In this document: positions 35,137 to 46,286 of the stretch, in pieces
Numbering within the stretch: the stretch's first letter is position 1
How the letters are laid out: each line of letters opens with the position of its first letter
Source of the DNA: Yuukianura sp. NJ FZ-2021
Lineage: Eukaryota
Length of the DNA stretch: 64,000 nt
Assembly: GCA_046563655.1 (NCBI GenBank)
Contig: CM102284.1
Location: 5,704,001-5,768,000, forward strand
Direction: 5' to 3'
Position numbers and translations under genes: made by a program
The notes under the pieces: model-generated
The model's database searches: none
The model's input: only the letters and a program-made list of their open reading frames with translations
Told to the model about the DNA's origin: nothing

Positions 35137-36866
35137 ATGGCTTACTATGCCAGCGTGAAAGCTTCAATTCAAAAAGAACGCAGTACTTCTGTCATACAAG
35201 AGAGAAATTGTCGTCTTAATATCGAAGGACTGGACTTTTCTCGAGGCGAAATAAGTGGAAAATTGATCATCGACAATGTAATACCTGAACCAATTCCAAT
35301 TGCAGGTAAAATTAAAAGTTTTGAATTTTCAAAACTTGAAAGATTGAATTCGTAGAATTCTATGTACTTAGGGACAAAGGTCATTTATTAACTTTCTATT
35401 AAAAGAGTATGGAAATTTCAATTTTACAGGAATTTTTGTGCGGTTTGAAATTAACGAATTGCTCAAAATTGAAACGAAGTTTGATGGTCGTGCTGAAACG
35501 AAAATTCGATCGGAGAATATTTTGGCCAAAGAAAGTTGGGCTACAATTTACGTCCTGGGAGAAGACAGTAAGTGACATCAAAAATTCATAACCTAAGCTA
35601 AGGCTTCTTAACGTAACTAGCCGAAAAGCAACCTGAATCCATTTGAAAACACACCGCAGGAAGTCAATCACGCAAACTAACCATAGTCACGCATTTCCAA
35701 ACAAGGAAATCTAAAAAATTGGATTTCATTTTTGAAAATCTTGAATCTTGAGTTATGAATTTCTTCTTTTTACAGCAGATTATTGTAAATATACAATTCC
35801 GCCACGCCGGTCCGAGTACCCCTTTACGTTCATCCTAACTGAATCTGGAATTGTCCAGTTTCCAGCAACATACAAAGCAACGTACGGGTCCATCATTTAC
35901 CAAATAGTGGCCTACATCCAGCGTCCTTACCCAGCAGACAAAATCTACTACCAAAAACTAATCGCAATCACACCGCCTCATTTCCCTGGATACCTCAACC
36001 TCTCCAAAGATCCAATTTCCAACAATTGCATTTGTACAGAGAAATCGATCCAGAAATCTTTCTTTTCCAAAAAGTCGCTGTTTATAGCCAGGCTGACTGT
36101 AGGGAAAACTGGATTTTTGCCAGGAGAAGATCTGCCCTTTACAATTTTCATGAACAACATTTCTGGAGAGACTGTAACTAGAGCGTCGCTGTCTCTCGTA
36201 AGAAGGATTGGATGGAAACCTAGTTCAACGGACTGCAAAAACACTTTGACCTTACTTGACTCTAAGGTCATCAAGGACTTAGGTAGAGAAGCGGAAGGTG
36301 TTTGGACAGAAACACTCAAAATTCCAGCCACAATTGGACCAACTGCTGGAGGAATCATAGAATTCCAGTACTTTTTGCGCGTAAGTTTTAAAACGTTTTA
36401 GCCGTCCGGCTGAAACTGTTTTTATAGAATTTCAGCCGATCACGTTGCTAAATTGGCTTAGGAGGGAAGCTTAAGTAAAAAAAAATTGTTTGATGACCTT
36501 TGACCTCAGATGGAAATCCTACTTTCGGAGAGAGTACCGGTCAAAAGTGAAACCCCGATACTAATCGGTACGACTTGGGGAGATGACCGTACAGATGATG
36601 CAATTCGCCCCAAACTGACAACAGTTCGACAACAATCGACCGAATCTGCTCACTCGACAATTTCATTTCCACCAAACTACTCGGCCCTTTCTTCCAGAAG
36701 ACAATCGATCGAGACATGTAAGAAATTCGAAATTTTGAAAAATTGTATTGTTTATGAAATGCTGGAACTTCGTATTTCAGTGCCTCCAGGTTACGAGGAG
36801 ACCATTAGACCACAAGGGTCGTCACTGGACATGAGCACTCCAGGAGAAGAAACGGCTGGAGAATAG
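35137..36866 (+). CDS. Alpha-arrestin (arrestin domain-containing, ARRDC/TXNIP-like)
   Basis: Exons 35137-35305, 35430-35567, ~35776-36380, 36510-36717, 36781-36866. Arrestin-type motifs YPFTF...FPATYKATYGSIIYQI, KTGFLPGE and PILIGT, plus two C-terminal PPxY motifs (PPNY, PPGY). Confidence 0.8.
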
Positions 36867-37716
36867 TAATTAACTTAACGGCAAAGGACACATTCTTGAT
36901 TCAAAAAGGCCTAAAAAATTCTAGAAATTCGAAACTATAATTCTATACCATTGTCTTTTCACTAGCCTTGTTCCACTTTCTCCCTCCATTCGCTACAGTT
37001 TCAAATTCTAGTCAATTTTGAAAGTTCTAAAAAATTTAAAGAGAAACTCGTCGGTCTTTACTACTTCAACTTTCGAGGCTTTTAGCTAAAAAGATTCTAA
37101 ATATTTAAGACAAAATTTTAGAACCAACACTAAACGTAAACTTTTGGCGGAAAAAAATCTGCAAATTACTAATGGAATAAGTACTACTACTATAAAAGAT
37201 CGCTCGCTGCCTTCAAATTTACTTGTTGCTCCTCTTTGTAATTATTGAAATAACCGTTTCTATTGCTGTGCTTTTCTATTTGTATCTTTTGTTTCTTGTT
37301 TTCGTCAAAATTTTGACCAGTCAGTGTAAGCTAATAAATGTGGTTCAAATTTTCGACATTTTTTGTGAAATAAAACTTGGGGTCCTGTTTTTTCTCAATT
37401 GTTTTTTCTATTTTCAAATGGTCTAGTTATTTTTATTAATTATAGCAACGTAATATTTCTTATTTTCCTCATATTTTTAGGTTAGAAAAAGAATTTGAAA
37501 AATTAGAAATAAAATTTGAAAAACTTTGCTGTCTAATTTGGTAGCAAACATTCCGTCAATACTTCAATAAAACTTTTTTTTTTACTAAAATATCATACAC
37601 GGAATTTGAGAATTCTGATTCGGCGTTTCTGTTAACTTTCATTTTACAATTTTTCTCAAAAAACTGTATTTTGAAATCTGAATTTTGCTAATTTTGTTAT
37701 AAACTTTAAGTTTTAA

Positions 37717-39413
37717 TTAGTTAATTGTGATTTTTTCTAGTTTTAACTTTTTAATTAAATCAGGAGCAATGACATGAAGCACCTGATCCACCGGACTACC
37801 GTAGCAAATTCGCACATCTTTTTCCAACACTTTGGCCCACTCTGCTGCCTGCTTCTTATCCAACTTTTTCAAATGAGCCGAAATTAAATTTGTAGTGAAC
37901 GTAAGCATTTCATTAGTAAATTCAGTTCCGACAACAAGTTGCCTCCCTTTTTCCAAAATTTCAACACTTTTGACGAAATTTCCAGCACGAAAGTATCGTT
38001 TTGCAAGAATTTTGTATGGTTCCAAAATCCAAGGACACAGAGCTAGTTTTCCTGGATGAATTTGCTCCATTTCGGTAACAACGGCTTGCATTTCGTCCGT
38101 TTCAGTTGAAACAATACTTCCTGCTTTTTCAAGTATCGTGTCAAATTTTTTGATTGCAGATGCAATCCGATTTTGAATTTCTGTGGATTCCTGACGCTGA
38201 AAAGTACATAGACTACACTCGCAACGAATTTCGTAGGATTTCAAAATTTTTGTTCTAGATTCCAGCGATTCGGTAGCAGAAACGTAGGACATGCGCAGTT
38301 CTTCTCCGATTTTGATGTCTTTGGTGGCAATGACAGCCAAGAAATCACCTGCAATGGTTAAAAAGAAAAATTCAGATTTTGTTTAAAATTTTTGATTTTT
38401 GTTCAAAATTGTTTACCATGCATGTGCCACTTGACATTGCCGTCAAAACAGGAGTGGTTGATGAAGGACGGAAACAGCCACACTCCAGCCATAAGTTCTT
38501 TGAATTCGTATGTCACGCGTCCGTCGGTCATCAGCGCATTGCAGTCAACAATTTTTCGAATCCGCTCAAAGTCAATGCTTGAACTGCTTTCGGAGAGGTC
38601 AAGATGACCTAGTTTGGCTCCAGCGCATAACGTATACAAAACTTGGGTTTCCTCTGGACACTTTTTGATTTTTTGCACAATCGCTTCAACTAAAGATTCT
38701 TTCAGCTTGGCCTTGTCCACGTTTAGTGTTCCTTCTTCGTAAACTAGCGCTCGAGGACCAGGAGCAGCCCCATCTTGTTCCTGTTGTGGCTTAAGTTTTC
38801 TATTTTCTCTGCCTACTACAAATGCATATGCTTTGCTTCCAATTAAAAGTTGACCTGCTTCGACATTCTGAGTAGCAAAGAGACCTCGTCCTTGACCTTT
38901 GACCTCCTCCAGAGCCAGTGGAGCATTGTAATCTGCCAGAACATGTTCGTAAGTCTGTTCCTTCAAAATTTCCGCCATGTTGTAGTTTCCATTTATCTCT
39001 TGGTCTAACAATTTTTCAATTTGATCTAATAATTCTTCTCCGAGTTTTGTATCTTTTGCATAAGCATTCAAAAGTTGCTTGTGATTGTCTTTTAAAATGA
39101 ATTCACCAGCGGCTCTGTATTTCCTGGATCCAATGAGAGCTTTGACCTTGCGATACAAACCTTTGACATGCTTCGGATCAACTTTTAGAACAGCTTCGGC
39201 ATCGGCTAAAGCCAAGTGAAATGAATCCAAATTTAAGTAATTCAAAGCACGGTTTGATAGCAGGGAGACGTCTGACGGTGTGACCTTTAACCCTTGAGTG
39301 TAAGCACTGATGGCCTCTTCGTACTTTTTTTCCTGGAAGGCTTGGTTCCCAATTTCTTTCCAGTTTACCGTTTCAGTATCGGTTGGAATTTCAGTTTTCG
39401 GTTCGGTTTCCAT
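37717..39413 (-). CDS. TPR-repeat + SET-domain protein (putative lysine methyltransferase, SMYD-like but lacking MYND)
   Basis: Two exons, 39413-38417 and 38348-37717. N-terminal TPRs (WKEIGNQAFQEKKYEEAISAYT, LLSNRA, KGLYRK), SET motifs GRGLFAT, FINHSC and GEELRMSY, post-SET CECSLC and a helical C-terminus. Confidence 0.88.
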
Positions 39414-39890
39414 TTCAAAAAAACTTGTGTAAAATCAAGTTTTGTGCGAAATACTACGGCTTTGGGCTTTAGCTCAAATTCAAAACCAAGACTGAGGCAA
39501 AATGAAACCTGTTTTTCAGAAGTTCTGTGGGGAATGACCTCAGGGGTAATCGAGAAGACAATTAGAAGGATCCAGAACAAAAGAACAAGTTTTTCCGTTT
39601 GTATTCTTTTGAAATAGGAAAGTCAAATGAAAATATTTTCACGTTATGCTGAGAAAATGGACAAAAAATTTCCCATGACAATAAGGTGTCGAAATTTTAC
39701 AATTCTGACGCGAAACAAACAAGCATAAACTAAAAACTATGAAATTATGTAGAATATTTTTGAAACGAAACACCGAGATAGGAAAACTCGGTACAACTCA
39801 ACTTTACAATAATTATTATTTTAGTTATTTTTTACTCAATTTACGTAATCAATTTAACCGATTAAAAGTTGAGGTCAAAGGTCACCAAAA

Positions 39891-42365
39891 ATGGCTGCCG
39901 AAGAATTTCAAGTCAATGCAAATTTAGCTGCGCTTCTAATTGCAAAAGACGCACCGAAGGCAAATTACTGCTCAAAGAAGTTTACTTACTTGAATATTGT
40001 TGGATTTGTAAGTTTCTAATCCCGATTTTTTAGATTTGTTTCTTCAAATTTTAATTTCAAATAATTTTCATATTTTGGTTGTAAATTTTTGGTGTAAAGG
40101 GTGGAGCAGCTACAATACTTACCTTTCACTGGTTCACTGGTACCCGGTTGGATGGAACACCACCGACATTTTTAGGATTCGGTGCTTCTGAGAGGTTGAT
40201 TTGGGCATGCCCAGTAGCTGCAGCACTCGAACTGGTTGGATTCTTCGCGTTGAACTCGGAAATCACTTCGATTCTTTTCGCACTAGTGGTAAAAGCTGCC
40301 AGCGTTTCCAAAATTTTGCTTTCTTGATTTGAAATTTTGATTTCCTTTTAGTACTTGTTTGCCGTGACGCGTGGAATGTATGATGCGGCGTTTATTGTGT
40401 CTCGTGCATGGAACATTGAAGATGACGATTTCAATGATATCGTGGATTTTGCCCATTTTTACTACTACAACATCTCCAGACGGAAGTTACCTCAAATGGT
40501 TGACATTTATCAAAAGAGAGAGGTAAGAGAATGAGGTCACGCAACCTTTGACCTCAAAAATAAAAAAAAAATCAGTAAAATTATTTTATGTTTTTTCTGT
40601 TTTAGAAATGTTGCGGCTGGGGAAAGTTTCATTGGAATAAGTGGGCAAAGGAACTGAACACGACAGACCTTCCAGACAGTTGCTGCCGAGCCTACTACGT
40701 TGGTATGCAAAATTTTCAAAATTTTGAAAAAATTCGACACTTTTCGGAAAATCTGTTAAACAATTGGGGAAATTCACAACAATTTGCAAACTTTCTTTTC
40801 CAAACAGGTTGTGGAAAAGGAATACTCCCAAGGCGTCCATCCGGCTTTCTCTTTTTGCTTAACGCTACGGATGCTTCAGGATTAAGAGTTAGAAAAAAAA
40901 ATCAAAAGTGCAAAGATTTGTCTTGAAGAATTCATAAAATTATGCTCAAAATGTCTAATTTCAGAATCTCCAGAGAGATCTGGAAACAAAATTCAACACT
41001 GGCCGCTGGAACGTCAAGCTCACAGAAATCAATCGCTACTGGAGATCATTGTACCCAGAAAAAGAGAAAGACAACTTCGAAATTTGGAATCCAATGAATC
41101 CTGTGTCATCTTGGTACTTGCGTCTCATCGATGAAGAATTTGCAGAAGACTATGAAAATCTGAAAGGTAGTGCTGCTCATCGAACGATTAGTGTTATCAT
41201 TGGAACAGATATAGCCAACAATCGGTCTTTAGTATACACAACGAAGGGACTCGAAGAGCAATTTCGGATTCAATCTATCGTTCATCCCAAGGTAAAAATT
41301 CAAAAACGATTACCACTTTTTGCATATTTTGAAAATAATTTCCAAATTTTGAAAACTAGCCATGTGAAACTACGAGAGGGAAAAGAACCGAATACAAGTT
41401 ACCTGACAAACAACGCGGCGTGATTAAAACTGAAGACATCAATATAATCGGAGATTTGAGAAAAATTATGCAACCTGTTCGACTTTTTGGACTTGGGCTA
41501 GGAGGGATTTACATTTTAATGTTTCTCATTTTCTTCCACTATTTTCAAGCTATCAAAGCAAATGAATTGGTAATAAGTTGGCAAGAAATCTGAAATTTTG
41601 AAATAATTTTTGTACTTTCTCTTTCTGATTCCGATTTGGCTTTTTTTAGGCTCATGACTCAATCCCAGTGGATTTCCAAGACACTGGCGTTACTACGACA
41701 GCATTCATGTCCAGGCCAAAGCAGTTCATAGCAAAAAAAGATTTTGAAAAGATGGTTGAAGAGCAAAAGAAGAAGCGGGAAGTCATTAGCACTGCGGCAG
41801 AAGCACTGGCAATTCGCTATAACATGCTCATTGGAATGCATCAGAAGGGAATCATACTAAAAGTAAGATTTAAAAATAAAACTAAAACTTGTAAGTATTT
41901 CCAATTTCCGTTTGAATTGACCCAATTTTGGATTGATTTTAGAAAAACAAGCTAAAGCAGCCGAAGGCGCCAAAAGACGTTACAGATCGAGCAGCAATTG
42001 ACAAATACCAAATGGCACTTCTCTCCCGCCTTCCACCGAAGTTTTATCCAACAATGGTGGACAGATTTACGCAAGCACCGCTGCCATTCGTTCGACCGAC
42101 ACCTTCAAACCAACGTACACTGTATGCTGGATTGCCACAGCCTTCCAGTGCTACCCATACACTGGCAACTCCAAATTCAAGTTTGCATTCTGGCCATCGT
42201 AGTTCGCATGCAGCACATCCGAGTTCGCGCGGAGCACGCAGTCATGCTACGACGCTTCAGAGTTCGCGCGGAGCACGAAGTCACGCTACAACGCTTCGTC
42301 GACCAATGACTGCTCCCGGGTTGGCCCCCCGACCACCACCACCGTCCAATGCTTCTAAAAGATAG
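39891..42365 (+). CDS. Divergent tetraspanin-like four-TM protein (~608 aa) with enlarged extracellular loop and long basic tail
   Basis: Nine phase-compatible exons: 39891-40007, 40100-40288, 40352-40522, 40606-40702, 40808-40887, 40965-41291, 41360-41569, 41650-41862, 41943-42365. Three N-terminal hydrophobic segments, then VDIYQKREKCCG and LPDSCC (tetraspanin EC2 signatures), then a fourth hydrophobic segment LFGLGLGGIYILMFLIFF. Confidence 0.7.
42220..42297 (+). repeat. 39-nt coding tandem repeat, 2 copies (SSRGARSHATTL)
   Basis: gagttcgcgcggagcacgcagtcatgctacgacgcttc is followed by gagttcgcgcggagcacgaagtcacgctacaacgcttc. Confidence 0.8.
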
Positions 42366-42708
42366 TAGAAAGTTCAAAGTTTTCACCGAATTTCGAAAAA
42401 AAATTTAACGTTTTTTAGTGTAAAGTGGCAAATAAAACGACGATTGAGTAGCCTTTTGCAAAAATTGGTCACGGCAAAAAGTTTGAGGTGTTGCCTAGGT
42501 CACGCTTTCATGCAACAATTTGAGTCGTTGAGATTTTTGTTTACGACAAACGAATAGTGTCACTCTTGAACACTTTTATTGCGGTTTGGATTTTTCGTTT
42601 TTCAGTTCACTTCCAAATTTCGTTTGGTTCGGTCGTGTTGCTGCGTAGCGTGTCAACTTTGTCAATTTAACAGGCTGAGAGTGACATTGATCCATCGAAC
42701 GGTGAACA

Positions 42709-43612
42709 ATGTGCGGCGGGGTAAGATTTTGAATTTAAATCGTTTAAAAGTGAATAAGGTTGTGTAAATTTCAATAATTCTTGTTCAGCGCTCAAGACTG
42801 GACACCAAATCAGCGATGAAATTGGGAGAGTGAATAAACGTTTTTGTTGTCGCTTTTCAGGGATCATGTGGTCGTGGCCAAATTTGTTGTGGGCTTGTCC
42901 CCAAATCCACAGCCATGTTTTGCTGTTCTCCATGCATGGGAGCGATGTGTCCGGTAAGTCAACGCTGGAACACACAAATTTGACCTCCTCATGTCACATA
43001 CTTTTACTTTTTACTTTCACTTTTTTCCTTTCAGCCTCCTCGTGCATGCCCTGAGATGTGCTGTGAGGTAAGTTTATTCAGACAATCTGGAAATTGCATT
43101 TAAAAAGTCATATTTTGTTTTACTTTTATGCAATTTAGGATCCATGCTGCCGCCCACGCGTCTGTCATGTAAGTTAACCTAAAACCTAAATATTTTGGCT
43201 GAACATTTAACGAATTGTAATTAAAACGGAAATGTTGGCATTTTGCAGCCTTGTGCTTGTGCTCCATGTCCGCCGCCACCACCGCGAGTTCGATGTTTCG
43301 CGTTTACAAGTCCACCGAAATGGGTGTCAACTACTGTGACAGCTCCATGCTACGTAAGATCCTAAAAACTGCCAGTATTTTAAGTTAATCTAACAACTTT
43401 TCTTTCATTTCCAGCAACCCTGTTGCCCTATTCCAACTCTCCTCACCTACAAAATTTGTCCAACGCCTTGTTGCTGTAAGTTTACTTTTGGATTTTGGCA
43501 ATATCTTGTTCTGAGTTTGATGCTTGACAGTCATGACCTTTGACCTTTTGTTATGTTCATTGAAGGTCCAAAGACGTTTACTTGTGTGGATCCTCCGATG
43601 CCGTGTTGCTAA
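42709..43612 (+). CDS. Small Cys/Pro-rich protein (126 aa) encoded by seven mini-exons
   Basis: Exons 42709-42720, 42861-42953, 43035-43067, 43139-43168, 43249-43353, 43415-43475, 43566-43612. All six donors are GTAAG and all acceptors are AG. The exons join in frame to MCGGGSCGRGQICCGLVPKSTAMFCCSPCMGAMCPPPRACPEMCCEDPCCRPRVCHPCACAPCPPPPPRVRCFAFTSPPKWVSTTVTAPCYQPCCPIPTLLTYKICPTPCCCPKTFTCVDPPMPCC*. AATAAA at ~43753. Confidence 0.8.
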
Positions 43613-44101
43613 CAAACTGAAAATTGTTTACGAAATTCGGATGCTTTAAAATCATTGACTTAAGCGAGATCTAATGCAAATTAATTAGCAAAATTTCTCA
43701 AAATTTTCTCATTTGAAGGAAATACTCGTGTGAACAGTACTTTTCTGAATTTAATAAACAAAATCTGGTAATGACAAAGTTTTAATTAATTAATTATTCT
43801 TAAGAAATTCTCTTTGATTAGTTAAGTAATTAATCAAATACGATTAGTTAGTTAAAATCTAGTTAATTTTAAAATGTCCAGATTTAAATATGCATGCCCA
43901 GCTGTGTCAACAATTTCGGGTGCCTAAAATGAAACGGAGGAGAGTTGGGTCCGCTAGCCAGACGCCAATATTTACATTTTTCTTATCAACATAACAGTGA
44001 AGTGAAATTAAGTTTCTCAACTTTGTTTTTTTAATTGTTAAATTAAATGAACAATTAACATCAGAGTTTCATTTATTTTATTTCTGGTTAGTTTGAGGAA
44101 A

Positions 44102-45903
44102 ATGGAGATTAAAGCTGAATACGATTTGGACTCGGAGGAAGATGGACTTGGTACCTGTTCGAATTGCTGTTCAAGGAATAAAGCAGAAACACTGAAGACT
44201 ACACTAATCGTTAAAACGGAAGATACGGAAAATGCGACAACAACTGTAAGGGAAGCTGTCACACTAATCTATGGCTCGGAATTACTCCGATTTGATGGAA
44301 CGTGTTTCTTATGTTTGGAATGTTGCGAAATTCTAACTCAACTGTACTACCTCTTCATCCAATTCAGAGATCGAAATCAAACGGGTGCGAATGTTCTCGT
44401 GACAGAGGTAAGAGCGAGAGGCGACGCTTCAAATGACTCCCAGGGTCAAGAGATCATAGGCTGCACTTCAATGCAAGATGGAAAAGATGACTCAAGGTTC
44501 GACAAGTTACGTGATGGCGACGATGACGATGAGCATCTGCTATGGCACCGAAGGAGAAGTCTACGGCGGAAGGTCCAACGTCGATTACAGGCTGACGCGG
44601 AGTGCTTTCTCCAAGTGACGGAGGCTGATCCAGATGCAACTGATCTCGGAGAGAAGAGTTCAGACAATACAAAGCTTTCGAAAGGGCATACGCATAATCA
44701 ATCTGGAGATGAAGATTGGAAACCTACTGGTTCAGAATTTAAAAAACGGAGAGGAAGGCCTCCTAAGAAGTTTGTTCCAGCGAGTAATAACGTTGCAACA
44801 TTAGTACAAAAAAGAAAACGTGGGCGTCCGAGAAAGTGCGAAGTTGCTGGAACTGCTCGTACTGTGTTGCCATCACCCACCCGGAAACCAAGTTCAAGCA
44901 AAGCTGATCAAAATGAGTTCAACAAAGTACGTGAGGATTACACGGTTGAAGGTGACACTAAATCCGATGCGGCCTCCACTTCTGCTACTAGACATCTACT
45001 TCCTCGCGGACGTCCTAGAGGAAGCAAGAATGGAATAAGTTATTTTGACCAAAATAGCAAAACGTACAGCTGTCCTCACTGTGGAAAACAGGCCAAGTCA
45101 TCCTGGAATGTTTATCTACACATACGAAGTAATAATGCTTATGGAAAAAATACATTCTAAGTTTTTAATTTGTATTGTAAGAATTCTATTTTACTAGGTG
45201 TACACGAGAGACAGCGGCCGTACGAATGTTCACTATGTCAAAAGAGATTCGCCACAAACGAAGGTCTGGCAAATCACGTACGAGTGGTACACGCCGACGC
45301 AAATACGAATGTGAAACAGTTCAATTGTCCAGTTGAAGGATGCGGCAAGTCCTTTCCCTACCGTTCATCACTCATTATACACGCGATGGTACATAATCGA
45401 CAATTGTGGAAATTTGAATGTGAACATTGTCAACGAAAGTTCAAGTCGTCTTCAGACCTTTCAGATCACAAATCGTCACATTCTGAGAATCGAAATTTTG
45501 CATGTGAGGACTGTGGAGCTCTTTTTAAGCAAAGAAGTTCACTACGCAGTCATCAGCGTTGTTCGCATTCAGAAAAATATGGCGGCTATGCGGCATCAAA
45601 AGTTAGATGCCACATTTGCCAAAAGAAATTCCTAACACCGGGTAACATGAGACAGCATATTCGATCTGTTCACGATCAAATCAAAGGTCACCAATGCCAT
45701 TTGTGTGGAAAACAATTTTCATGTACCAGTAACCTCAAATGTAAGCATTCCACAGAATAATTAATTGAGAGAAACCATTAGTTTTTTTTTGTAAGTTTGC
45801 TTATGTTTTTAATACATTTACAGCACATCTAAAACGTTTCCATTGTCTTGACGGAGCTGAACTTCTAGCGGCAGTTTCGCGTAAGTCTGCCCAAGCCAAC
45901 TGA
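44102..45903 (+). CDS. ZAD-like / AT-hook / C2H2 zinc-finger protein, paralog 1 (7 fingers)
   Basis: Exons 44102-45128, 45198-45740, 45824-45903. N-terminal CSNC...CLEC pair (ZAD-like), three AT-hooks (RRGRPPK, KRGRPRK, PRGRPRGSK) and seven C2H2 fingers. Confidence 0.88.
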
Positions 45904-46286
45904 AATGGAGTACCACTACCACATCTTTTCCAATTCCAAGTTGTCGGATTCGACTGAAGTTTTCTTTTAAATAACAACTGAGGTAAATTCATTACGTAAT
46001 TCTAGTTACATTTTGTAAGTTAAGTTAACTTTTAATTGTTTTAAATATTTAAAATTTAATTGTCCAAATCCTGATTTGTGATGCCCAGCAATGTCAGTAA
46101 TGGCATAAATTGAAAGTGACGAGGGGAGTGGGCAGTGGCCCTTTAGCCAAACACCAATATTTACAGTTTTGTCATCAGCGATGAAATGAAAAGTTAATTT
46201 GTCAACTTTACTTATCAAGTTTTAATTGCAAGTCTTAGAACGTTAGACTAACCTCAATTTCTGTTGTGACTTGTAGAGTGAAGAAG

